From assembly GCA_963750915.1 (NCBI GenBank), contig CAVVSF010000008.1:517947-581946 (forward strand): a stretch of 64,000 nucleotides of DNA, written 5' to 3'. Position numbers and translations under genes: made by a program. Under the pieces are notes generated by a model, which made no database searches, was not told the DNA's origin, and was given only the letters and a program-made list of their open reading frames with translations. Numbering within the stretch: position 1 is the first letter of the stretch; each line of letters starts with the position of its first letter. Below, one piece after another: positions 1 through 8,473 of the stretch. Source of the DNA: an uncultured Acidobacteriota bacterium. GTDB lineage: Bacteria > Acidobacteriota > Vicinamibacteria > Vicinamibacterales > 2-12-FULL-66-21.

Positions 1-1474
1 GCAGCTGCGTGAACGCTGCGGCGCGGACGCCCGGGATCTCCTCCAGCCGCGCGACGGTCCTGGCCTGGCGCTGCTCGACGGCCTCGAGCCGTTCCGACCA
101 GCTCGCCGTCATGCGGAAGGTCACGACGTTCTCGGCGACGAGTCCCGGATCGATCGCCTGGAGCCTCGCGAAGCTGCGCATCAACAAGCCGGCGCCGACG
201 AGGAGGACGAGCGCCAGCCCGACCTGCACACCCACGAGGCATCGCTGCAGCAGATGCCTGCCGCCCGCCTGTGCGCGCCCGCCCCGCCCGAGTGCATCGG
301 CCGGCCGCCTGCCTGCGGCCTGGAGCGCCGGCGCCAGCGCGAACAGTACCGTCGACAGCACGCCGAGGGCGAGCGTGAACACCACCAGCCTGCCATCGAT
401 GCGCAAGTTGTTGTCGACCGGCAACACCGTCGTCATCGCCGCGAGCGCCCGCGTCGCCCAGTAAGCGACGAACAGGCCCGCCGCTGCTCCGATGGCGGCA
501 AGGACGCTGCCTTCGACCAGCAGCTGCTTGACGATCTGGCGGCGTTGAGCGCCGATCGCGAGCCGCACCGCCATCTCATGCTCGCGCCGCGTCGCGTCCG
601 CGAGCAGCAGGCAGGCGACGTTGCCGCACGCCGCGAACAGCACTAGGCCGACGGCAGCGAGCAGGATCCAGAGCGAGCGCCTGACGCTCGCGACCTGCTC
701 TTCCTTGAGCGGCACGAGCGACGCGCCCCAGCCCTTGTCGGTCTCCGGATACTGCTCGCCGAGCCGCGACTGGATCGCGTCGAGATCGTCACGCGCCTGC
801 TCGAGCGTGACGCCGGGCTTGAGCCGGGCAAACGCGGTATAGAAGCGGGCCTGCCGCGCCTCCAGCAATCGTTGCGGCGCCTGCACCGGCAGCCATGCCT
901 GCGTCGCTGCTGTTGGATACCGCATCTCCGGCGGCATGACGGCAATGATGGTCGGCGTGCCGCCGCCGATCCGCCACGTCCTGCCGATCACCGCCGGGTC
1001 CGCATTGAAGCGCGACCGCCACACCGCGTCGCTCAGAACGACGACCTTGGGGCCGCCGGCCTGTTCTTCTCCGAGCGTCGGCCATCGGCCGAGCGCCGGC
1101 GGTACGCCCAGCACCGCGAAGAAGCGCGGCGACGTCCGCATCGCCTCGATCCGCTCGGGCACGCTGCCGACCGTCTCGGTGAGGTTCTCGAAGTAGCTGC
1201 CGGCGATGCCGTCGAGCGTGCGATTCGCCTCGTGCCACGCCTCGATGCGTGTCGGCGCGACCAGCTGCGTCGCGCCGGGACGGCTGAGGTTGAGCTCGTA
1301 GAGACGAACCAGCCGATCGGAATCGGGATACGGCAGCGGCTTCAGCAGGACGGCGTCGACGGCCGAGAAAATGGCGCTGTTGGCGCCGATGCCGAGCGCC
1401 AGGGTGAGCACGATCGTCGCGGACAAGCCGCGGCGGCGGCTGAGGGATCGCAGGGCGGCACGCCATTCACGCAT
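1..1474 (-). CDS. ADOP-family duplicated FtsX/MacB-type ABC permease, N-terminal ~490 aa (3' end runs off the window)
   Basis: Own translation of the minus strand from ATG at 1474-1472 gives MREWRAALRSLSRRRGLSATIVLTLALGIGANSAIFSAVDAVLLKPLPYPDSDRLVRLYE..., open to the window edge. It is absent from the ORF track because it has no stop in the window. Clear paralog of 12474-15140 and 29455-32145. Confidence 0.85.
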   Translation of the reverse strand, partial: MREWRAALRSLSRRRGLSATIVLTLALGIGANSAIFSAVDAVLLKPLPYPDSDRLVRLYELNLSRPGATQLVAPTRIEAWHEANRTLDGIAGSYFENLTETVGSVPERIEAMRTSPRFFAVLGVPPALGRWPTLGEEQAGGPKVVVLSDAVWRSRFNADPAVIGRTWRIGGGTPTIIAVMPPEMRYPTAATQAWLPVQAPQRLLEARQARFYTAFARLKPGVTLEQARDDLDAIQSRLGEQYPETDKGWGASLVPLKEEQVASVRRSLWILLAAVGLVLFAACGNVACLLLADATRREHEMAVRLAIGAQRRQIVKQLLVEGSVLAAIGAAAGLFVAYWATRALAAMTTVLPVDNNLRIDGRLVVFTLALGVLSTVLFALAPALQAAGRRPADALGRGGRAQAGGRHLLQRCLVGVQVGLALVLLVGAGLLMRSFARLQAIDPGLVAENVVTFRMTASWSERLEAVEQRQARTVARLEEIPGVRAAAFTQL

Positions 1475-1525
1475 TGGTCGTTTGACGCAACCGGGGCGCA
1501 GGGGGTTGGCGACTCGCCCCCTCTC

Positions 1526-1654
1526 TGCGGTCGTCCGGTTGTCCGGACGTCCGCAACAAAAGGTGCCGGCGGGCTGAAGCCCCGCCAGGACGCACAACCG
1601 CACCACCGGACGACCGCACAACCGGGCAACCGGGCAACCGGGCAACCGGGCAAT
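1526..1654. repeat. REP-like imperfect palindrome plus octamer run
   Basis: Arms GCGGTCGTCCGGT (1527-1539) and ACCGGACGACCGC (1605-1617) flank the hairpin GGCGGGC-TGAA-GCCCCGCC (1568-1586). A (GGGCAACC)x4 run follows and abuts the MFS stop codon. Related to 5771-5868. Confidence 0.7.
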
Positions 1655-2790
1655 CAGCGAGAAGTGTGCCTCCGCCACTGCAGCGCGCCCAGCAGCGCCG
1701 TGGCGATGACGAGTGAGGCGAGGCCGGTAGTGAGGGAGCCGGTTCGGGCCGAGATCGCGCCGACAGCAAGCGGCAGGACGCCGGAGCCGACCGACCCCAT
1801 CGCGACCATCGGACCGGCCTGCCGGATCGGGAACTCGCGCGCGAGGGCGGCGACGGTGACCGGAAAGATCGGCGCCAGCGCCAGCCCGCAGGCGGCGCCG
1901 GCGACGATCACCGCCTCCACGCTCGAGACGCTGAGCGCAGCGGTGAGACCGATCCCGAGGACGCCGACACCGGTGAAGAGCGAGACCGTCTCGAAGCGGC
2001 GCGCGAGCGCGACCGCGACCAGGCCACGGCCGACGGTGAGGCCGCCCCAGAACGCGGAGGCCGCGACCTCCCAGCGGTTTCCGCCCGGTCCCGGCACGTG
2101 CAGCCGGCGCGCGTATTCCGTGACCCAGCCACCGAACGCCGCCTCGATGCCCGAATAGAGGGCGATGCACGTCCCGAAAAGGGCCAGCCGTCCCAATGCG
2201 CCGCGGCGGGCGGCGCCCGTCTTTTCATTCGATCGCCCGCGCTCATCGACCGGAAAGTCCGCGACCGTGAACAGGCCGGCCATCGCCACGAGGACCAGCG
2301 CGACGGCGAGGAGCGCGGCCCGGATCCCGGCGCGGTCGAGGAACGCCGCGACGATGAGCGGCCAGATTGCGGCGCCGAGGCCCCAGCAGAGGTTGACGGC
2401 ACCGAGGGCCGCCGCGGCCCGGTGCGGCGTCAGCCGCGCCGACATCAGGTTGGTGGTGGGAATGACGAAGCCCAACCCAAGGCCGGCGACCGCCACGCTC
2501 AGAGACCCGATCTCCCGTCCCCCGCTCGCCAACCCGACCATCCCGACCGCCATCAGCACGCACCCCGACGACAGCGTGCGACGTTCGCCGACGCGCGCCG
2601 CGATCGCGCCCGACAACAGGCCGCCGGTCAGCCCTCCGGCAAATTGAATCGTGAACAACGATCCGGCGGCCGCGTCGGACAGCCCCCAGCGCAAGGTCAG
2701 CCATGGCAGCACCGGACCGAGCACGGTGTTGACGATGCCGGTGAGGACAAATCCAGCGCAAAGGAACAACATCGGCGACGCAGTGGACAT
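1654..2790 (-). CDS. MFS transporter
   Basis: 378-aa ORF with multiple hydrophobic helices and an MFS-like N-terminus: MSTASPMLFLCAGFVLTGIVNTVLGPVLPWLTLRWGLSDAAAGSLFTIQFAGGLTGG. Confidence 0.85.
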   Translation of the reverse strand: MSTASPMLFLCAGFVLTGIVNTVLGPVLPWLTLRWGLSDAAAGSLFTIQFAGGLTGGLLSGAIAARVGERRTLSSGCVLMAVGMVGLASGGREIGSLSVAVAGLGLGFVIPTTNLMSARLTPHRAAAALGAVNLCWGLGAAIWPLIVAAFLDRAGIRAALLAVALVLVAMAGLFTVADFPVDERGRSNEKTGAARRGALGRLALFGTCIALYSGIEAAFGGWVTEYARRLHVPGPGGNRWEVAASAFWGGLTVGRGLVAVALARRFETVSLFTGVGVLGIGLTAALSVSSVEAVIVAGAACGLALAPIFPVTVAALAREFPIRQAGPMVAMGSVGSGVLPLAVGAISARTGSLTTGLASLVIATALLGALQWRRHTSR

Positions 2791-2929
2791 CGAGGCGGGC
2801 GGCTGGCTGATCCGTTTCCCGAACCAATGAGGTTGGTGAGCGTCTTGAATGCTACGTCGACCGCGCGGATTGCCAAAGCGCGCGGGCTCAAAAGATTAGA
2901 GCGCGGTTTGAAAGCTCATAGGAGGAAAA

Positions 2930-5755
2930 ATGCGATTAGCACGGGCGGTCGTTATCTCAGCCGTGGCCCTCGCCGTGCTGGCGATCGCCCTGCCGCACGC
3001 CGCGGCCGCGCAAGGTACCAGCGCCAGCATTCAAGGCGCCATCGTCGACGAAGCCGGGCCGCTGCCGGGGGCGACGATCGTCGCGAAGGACACGTCGAGC
3101 GGCTTCCAGTACGAGGCGGTCGCCGGCGTCGACGGGACGTTCTCGCTCTCCGGTCTGCGTCCCGGCACCTACGAGATCACGGTGACGATGAACCAGTTCA
3201 AGCCGCAGTCGCGAACGGTGCAGGTGCAGGTCGGCCAGTCGATCACCGCCAACTTCAAGGTGACGCCGGACGTGCTCTATTCCGAACAGGTGCAGGTCGT
3301 CGGCAACGCGCGTTTCGTCGAGACCCGCACGTCGGAGATCGCGACGACCGTACGCAACGAAGAAGTGCGCTACCTGCCGCAGAACCAGCGCAACTTCCTG
3401 AACTTCGCCGCGCTCGCGCCGGGCGCCAGCGTCTCGAACAACGAGTTCCGCAAGCAGGTCACCGGCGGCGGCCTCGACGCGACGCAAATCAACGTCTTCA
3501 TCGACGGCGTCAGCTTCAAGAACGACGTCCTCGACGGCGGCATCGTCGGCCAGGACTCGAGCCGCGGCTCACCGTTCCCGCAGACGGCGGTGCAGGAGTT
3601 CCAGGTCCTGACCCAGAACTACAAGGCCGAGCATGAGAAGGCGTCGAGCCTGGTCATCACCGCGGTCACGCGCAGCGGCGGCAACCGCTGGTCGGGCGAA
3701 GGCTTCCTCTTCTACCAGGACAAGGGTCTCGTCGCGAACGAATACTTCGCGGAGCAGCGCGGCGACCCGAAGCCGACCTACGACCGCTTCCAGCCTGGCG
3801 TCGCGATCGGCGGTCCGATCGTCCGCGATCGGCTGCAGGTATTCGGTTCGTACGAAGAGAACCGGCAGGATCGCTCGAACCGCGTCTTCCTCGGCACGAC
3901 GCCGTTCCCGCCGAGCCTCGATTTCCTCCGCGACTACGAAGGCACGTTCGTCAGCCCGTTCCGGGAACGCCTGTTCTTCGGCAAGCTGACCGGGCAGCCG
4001 CGGCCGAGTCAAACCGCCGAACTGAGCTACAGCCTTCGTAACGAGACCGACATCCGCAGCTTCGGCGGCCAGACCAGCGTCGAGTCGGCCGAGAACGTCC
4101 GCAACCGCGTCGACTCGCTGCTCGGCAAGTGGACCGTCGCCAACAGCACGTCGCTCAACGAAGCGACGGTGACGTATCAGCGTTCCAACTGGAACCCCGA
4201 GCCGGAGAACATCTCCGATGTCGGCCTGAACTACCAGACCGTGATGCGCATCGGCGGCCGAGACACGACGCAGGACTTCATCCAGACGCGCTTCTCGCTG
4301 CGCGACGACTACACGCGGTTCATGCAGTGGAACGGGACCCACACCCTCAAAGGCGGGGTCGTCCTCAGCTTCCTGCGTTACGAGGTCGCGAAGTTCCTGA
4401 CCGGCAACCCGGTCTTCAACTTCCGCCAGGACGAGAGCTTCGCGTTCCCGTTCGAGGCGCGCTACGGCGTCGGCAATCCCGACCTCAGCACCGACAACCG
4501 CCAGCTCGGGTTCTACCTGCAGGACGACTGGACGATTGGGCCACGCCTGACTCTGAACGCTGGCGTGCGCTGGGACTACGAGTCCGACATGCTGAACAAC
4601 GACTACGTCACGCCGGACGAGGTGCGGGTCGCCACGGCGCCGTTCGTCGACGGCAACCGCTACTTCACCGACGGCGACGACCGGCCGCCGTTCTACGCCG
4701 CCTGGCAGCCGCGCGTCGGCCTGTCGTACGCCCTCAGCTCGTCCGGGAATCACGTGCTGTTCGCCGGCTACGGCCGCTACTTCGATCGCGTCATCTACAA
4801 CGCCGGCCTCGACGAGCGGTTCCGCCTCCAGTACGCCGTCCGCAGCTTCCAGTTCTCGCTCGACGGCGCGCCGCGCAACGGCCAGCCGACCATCATCTGG
4901 AATCCGGCGTACCAGAGCGTCGCCGGCCTCGACGGCTTGATCGCCGCCGGCATCGCGCCGGCGCCGGAAGTCTTCCTCATCGCCAACGACACCAGGCCGC
5001 CGGTCTCGGACCAGTTCAACGCCGGGCTGCGCACCAACATCCGCGGCATCCTGATGAGCGTCAACTACGCCGGCATCCGCGGCCGCAACGGCATGACGTT
5101 CCTCTTCGGCAACCGCCGCGCCGACGGCACCTGCTGCCAGACCATCCCCGGCTACAGCAACATCCTCGTCTCCGACGACGCGCGGAAGAACTGGTTCGAC
5201 GCCATGTACCTGACCGCGGATCGGCCCTACAACGGGCGCTGGGGCTTCCGCGTCAACTACACGCTCGGCGAGGCCGACGCCATCGGCGGCGATCTCTTCA
5301 GCCTCGACTACCGCACGGTCGAGGACTACCCGCGCCACCCGGCGGCCACCGACGAGCGGCACAAGCTGATCGTGACCGGCATCGTCGGCATCCCCGGCGG
5401 CTTCATCTTCAGCACCATCACGACGCTGTCGTCAGGCCTCGGGTTCAACATCACCGACAACTCGCTCGGCTCGGGCTTCGACCAGCGCCAGATCTACCTG
5501 AACGCCGGACGGCCGCCCGAGACGTTCAACTACAAGAGCGTCGACATGCGGATCGAGAAGATCTTCAACTTCGGCACCAACCAGCAGGCGTCGATCGCGT
5601 TCGAAGGCTTCAACATCTTCGACGCGACGAACTTCGGCTGCTACAACGGCAACATTCCCGTGCTGCCGAACGTCAACCCGAACTTCGGCGTGCCGTCGTG
5701 CACGGTCGACAACAGCAGCCGGCGGATGCAGTTTGGCGTGCGTTATTCGTTCTAA
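2930..5755 (+). CDS. TonB-dependent receptor / outer-membrane beta-barrel with N-terminal carboxypeptidase-regulatory-like domain
   Basis: 941-aa ORF with RBS GGAGGA 5 nt upstream of the ATG and a signal peptide ending AAAQG. Has an Ig-like CarboxypepD_reg segment (GAIVDEAGPLPGATIVAKDTSSGFQYEAVAGVDGTFSLSGLRPGTYEITV). C-terminus ends ...RMQFGVRYSF, an aromatic terminal residue typical of OM barrels. Confidence 0.9.
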   Translation: MRLARAVVISAVALAVLAIALPHAAAAQGTSASIQGAIVDEAGPLPGATIVAKDTSSGFQYEAVAGVDGTFSLSGLRPGTYEITVTMNQFKPQSRTVQVQVGQSITANFKVTPDVLYSEQVQVVGNARFVETRTSEIATTVRNEEVRYLPQNQRNFLNFAALAPGASVSNNEFRKQVTGGGLDATQINVFIDGVSFKNDVLDGGIVGQDSSRGSPFPQTAVQEFQVLTQNYKAEHEKASSLVITAVTRSGGNRWSGEGFLFYQDKGLVANEYFAEQRGDPKPTYDRFQPGVAIGGPIVRDRLQVFGSYEENRQDRSNRVFLGTTPFPPSLDFLRDYEGTFVSPFRERLFFGKLTGQPRPSQTAELSYSLRNETDIRSFGGQTSVESAENVRNRVDSLLGKWTVANSTSLNEATVTYQRSNWNPEPENISDVGLNYQTVMRIGGRDTTQDFIQTRFSLRDDYTRFMQWNGTHTLKGGVVLSFLRYEVAKFLTGNPVFNFRQDESFAFPFEARYGVGNPDLSTDNRQLGFYLQDDWTIGPRLTLNAGVRWDYESDMLNNDYVTPDEVRVATAPFVDGNRYFTDGDDRPPFYAAWQPRVGLSYALSSSGNHVLFAGYGRYFDRVIYNAGLDERFRLQYAVRSFQFSLDGAPRNGQPTIIWNPAYQSVAGLDGLIAAGIAPAPEVFLIANDTRPPVSDQFNAGLRTNIRGILMSVNYAGIRGRNGMTFLFGNRRADGTCCQTIPGYSNILVSDDARKNWFDAMYLTADRPYNGRWGFRVNYTLGEADAIGGDLFSLDYRTVEDYPRHPAATDERHKLIVTGIVGIPGGFIFSTITTLSSGLGFNITDNSLGSGFDQRQIYLNAGRPPETFNYKSVDMRIEKIFNFGTNQQASIAFEGFNIFDATNFGCYNGNIPVLPNVNPNFGVPSCTVDNSSRRMQFGVRYSF

Positions 5756-5770
5756 TTGAGCTCTTCGATT

Positions 5771-5868
5771 GTCCGGTCGTCGCGGTTGTGCGGTCGGGCG
5801 CGGCGGGGCTTCAGCCCCGCCGCACCCCTCTGTCGGACGTCCGCACAACCGCACAACCGCACAACCGA
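5771..5868. repeat. REP-like element: GC hairpin plus (CCGCACAA)x3 octamers
   Basis: Perfect hairpin GGCGGGGC-TTCA-GCCCCGCC (5802-5821), flanked by GTCGTCGCGGTTGTGCGG on the left and GTCGGACGTCCGCACAACCGCACAACCGCACAACC on the right. Same hairpin core (inverted) and same GTCCGGACGTCCGCA motif as 1526-1654. Confidence 0.75.
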
Positions 5869-5881
5869 CGCGATTTCAAAC

Positions 5882-7199
5882 ATGTTTTTCCTTCACGGCC
5901 GCCTCGTTGTCGCCCTGCTCGTCGCTCTCGTCGCCTGGACAGGGTGTGCCGCGCGCGAGGCGGCGCAGCCGGCATCGCCGCAGTCGTCGGCAACCTACCG
6001 TCTCAGCGCCGCGGACGAACAGTTCCTCGAGGATCTCTCGCGGCGGACGTTCGCGTTCTTCTGGGAGCAGGCCGACGCGACGACCGGCATCATCCGCGAT
6101 CGCGCGCGTACGGATGGTGGTCCCTCGAACGCGCACATCGGCAGCATCGCGTCGGTCGGCTTCGGGCTGAGCGGGTTGTGCATCGCGGCCGAGCGCGGGT
6201 GGCAGCCGCGGCCGGCGGCGATGGCGCGGGCGCAGGCGACGCTGCGGTGGTTCGCGGAACGGATGCCGCACGAGCGCGGCTGGTTCTATCACTTCGTCAG
6301 CCCGCAAACGGGCGCGCGCGAGTGGAAGAGCGAGCTGTCGTCGATCGACACCGCGCTGCTGCTCGCCGGCGTCATCACGGTCCGCGGCTGCTTCGCCGAT
6401 GCCCCCGACGTCGTCCGCTACGCCGACGTCCTCTTCCGGCGCGTCGACTTCCGCTGGATGCTCGCCGGCAGCCCGACGCTCCTCGCGCACGGCTGGAGGC
6501 CGGAATCAGGTTTCCTCGAGGCGCGCTGGAACCGCTATTGCGAGCTGATGATCCTGTATCTGCTCGGCATCGCGTCGCCGACGCACGGCATCCCCGCCGA
6601 GTCGTGGCGGGCATGGTCGCGTCCGACGATGACGTTCGAGCGTTTCACGTACGTCAGCTGGGCGGATCCGCTGTTCGTGCACCAGGTACTCGCACGCGTG
6701 GATCGACTTCCGCGGCAAGCGCGAGCGCTGGGAAGCTGGGGTCGACTGGTTCGAGAACTCCGTCGTCGCCACGCGGGCGCACAAGGCGTTCATGCTGAGC
6801 CTGGCGCCGGAGTTCCCCGGCTATACCGACCACGTCTGGGGCGTGACGGCGTCCGACAGCCGCAAGGGCTACATCGCGTGGGGCGGCCCGCCGCGCAACC
6901 CGGCGATCGACGGTACCGTCGTTCCCGCCGCCGCCGGCGGTTCGCTGATGTTCGCGCCCGACATCACGGTGCCGGCCCTGAAGACGATGCACCAGCGGTT
7001 CGGCGACCGGATCTACGGCCGCTACGGTTTCGCCGACGCGTTCCACCCGACTGACGGCTGGGTCAACCCGGACGTCATCGGCATCGATCTCGGTATCACG
7101 CTGCTGAGCGCCGAGAACCTGCGGTCCGGAAACGTCTGGCGCTGGTTCATGCAGAGCCCGGACGTTCAGCGCGGCCTGCGCCTCGCGCTCGGTCAGTGA
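5882..7199 (+). CDS. Glucoamylase-family (PF10091 / GH144-like beta-1,2-glucanase family) lipoprotein, with an apparent +1 frameshift at ~6685-6686
   Basis: ATG at 5882 gives MFFLHGRLVVALLVALVAWTGC (lipobox). The frame-2 product runs to ...WADPLFVHQ. The homologous sequence then continues in frame 3 as YSHAWIDFRGKRERWEAGVDWFENSVVATRAHKAFMLSLAPEFPGYTDHVWG... to the stop at 7199. One extra G in CAGG at 6685-6686 accounts for the shift. Confidence 0.7.
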
Positions 7200-7203
7200 T
7201 GAC

Positions 7204-7713
7204 CTACAGCGACCCGAGCAGGACGATGCCGCCGGTTGGCTGGGGCGCGCCGCCGGCAGGTTCGATGGAGACGGCGACTGCGCCGACCCGGGGGGCCGTG
7301 CCGGGCGCGACGAAGGTCAGCGCTTCGCCCGTTCCGTCGAGCAGGCCGGCGCTGACCGGCGTCTTGCTGTCGGGCGGAATCACCCAGAGCTGATACTGCC
7401 GGCCCGGCGCCGGCGGCGGCAGGTTGTTGGCGGTAAAGACGAGGCCGCGGCTGGCGCTCCAGAACGCGCGCCCGAGCGCGCCCGGCGCCGACGCCTGTCC
7501 CGCGAGATCGATGCGGCGGACGTCCGGCGCTTCGAGGATCGCCGCGATCTGTGCCGCGCGATCGGCTGACGCGCGCGCGACGCGAAGGTCGCGCTCGACG
7601 CCCTCGGCACGGGCGTTCGCGTCGCGCAGCTGTGCCTGCAGCTGGTCGACCGTCGTCCTCTCCTGCGGACAGGCGGTCAGACATTGATCGGGGAACCGCA
7701 CAGTCGCGTACAC
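7204..7713 (-). CDS. Anti-sigma-K factor RskA C-terminal-domain protein (no zinc-finger or TM N-terminus visible)
   Basis: C-terminal ...GRQYQLWVIPPDSKTPVSAGLLDGTGEALTFVAPGTAPRVGAVAVSIEPAGGAPQPTGGIVLLGSL matches the RskA C-domain pattern. The start is uncertain. The GTG at 7713 avoids overlap with the divergent PHP gene, while the ORF-track start at 7773 overlaps it. Confidence 0.6.
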   Translation of the reverse strand: MYATVRFPDQCLTACPQERTTVDQLQAQLRDANARAEGVERDLRVARASADRAAQIAAILEAPDVRRIDLAGQASAPGALGRAFWSASRGLVFTANNLPPPAPGRQYQLWVIPPDSKTPVSAGLLDGTGEALTFVAPGTAPRVGAVAVSIEPAGGAPQPTGGIVLLGSL

Positions 7714-7720
7714 TCGACGC

Positions 7721-8413
7721 GTGATCAAGGCGGAGCTGCACGCGCATACGGACGCAGACCCGGCCGACCTCATCGCGCACAGCGTCGAGACGCTCGTCGA
7801 GCGCGCCGCGGACCACGGCTACGGCGCCCTGGCGGTCACGCTCCACGATCGCTACTTCGACCCGGCGCCGCATGCCGACCATGCCCGGGCGCGCGGCCTC
7901 TTGCTGCTGGCCGGCATCGAGCGGACGATCGCGCGACGCCACGTCCTGCTCATCAACTTCCCCGCCGACTGCGCCCGGGTCCGCTCGTTCGAGGACGTCG
8001 CCGCGCTCAAGCGGACCTATCCCCGCGGCCTCGTCATCGCACCGCACGCGTTCTATCCGACGAGCACCGCGCTCGGGACGCTGGTCGAGTGCCATGCCGA
8101 CCTCATCGACGCGGTCGAAGTCAACGCGATGTACACCACCTGGCTCGACTTCAACCGCCGCGCCATTGAATGGGCGCGCGCCCGAGGCAAGCCGCTCGTC
8201 GGCAGCTCAGATCTTCACCTGCTCGAGCAGATGGGGACGACCTATTCCCTGGTCGACGCCGCCGACGATGCCGACGCCGATGTCATTTGTGACGCCATCC
8301 GCAATGGCCGCGTCGACGTCCGCTCGTCGCCGCTGCCGTCGCTGACTGCCATGACGCTCTTCACACGCATGTGCTGGAGCGGCGTCAAGGGCCGGCTCCG
8401 CCCGCGCGCCTGA
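7721..8413 (+). CDS. PHP-domain metal-dependent phosphoesterase
   Basis: GTG start. The N-terminal MIKAELHAHTDAD motif (HxH) and later ...GSSDLHLLEQMG are typical of PHP/histidinol-phosphatase-like proteins. Confidence 0.8.
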   Translation: MIKAELHAHTDADPADLIAHSVETLVERAADHGYGALAVTLHDRYFDPAPHADHARARGLLLLAGIERTIARRHVLLINFPADCARVRSFEDVAALKRTYPRGLVIAPHAFYPTSTALGTLVECHADLIDAVEVNAMYTTWLDFNRRAIEWARARGKPLVGSSDLHLLEQMGTTYSLVDAADDADADVICDAIRNGRVDVRSSPLPSLTAMTLFTRMCWSGVKGRLRPRA

Positions 8414-8425
8414 ACCAGCGTCGCG

Positions 8426-8454
8426 TTGACTCGCCGCGGCGGTCCGCATACAGT
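8426..8454 (+). promoter_or_regulatory. Candidate sigma70-type promoter of the TonB-dependent receptor gene
   Basis: TTGACT (8426-8431), a 17-nt spacer, then TACAGT (8449-8454), 20 nt upstream of ATG 8474. RBS AAGGAG lies at 8464-8469. Confidence 0.45.
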
Positions 8455-8473
8455 CGAGCGATAAGGAGTCGTA

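Noticed and set aside
4129-6798. 889-aa plus-strand ORF bridging the TonB receptor and the glucoamylase-family gene
   Set aside because: It is an alternative frame of two well-supported genes, has extreme Arg/Pro content, and crosses a repeat-filled intergenic spacer.
2791-8473. Cobalamin or other riboswitch upstream of the TonB-dependent receptor genes
   Set aside because: The upstream spacers are only ~140 nt (2791-2929) and ~60 nt (8414-8473). I could not find B12-box-like or other riboswitch core motifs. The third receptor's leader is occupied by REP palindromes.
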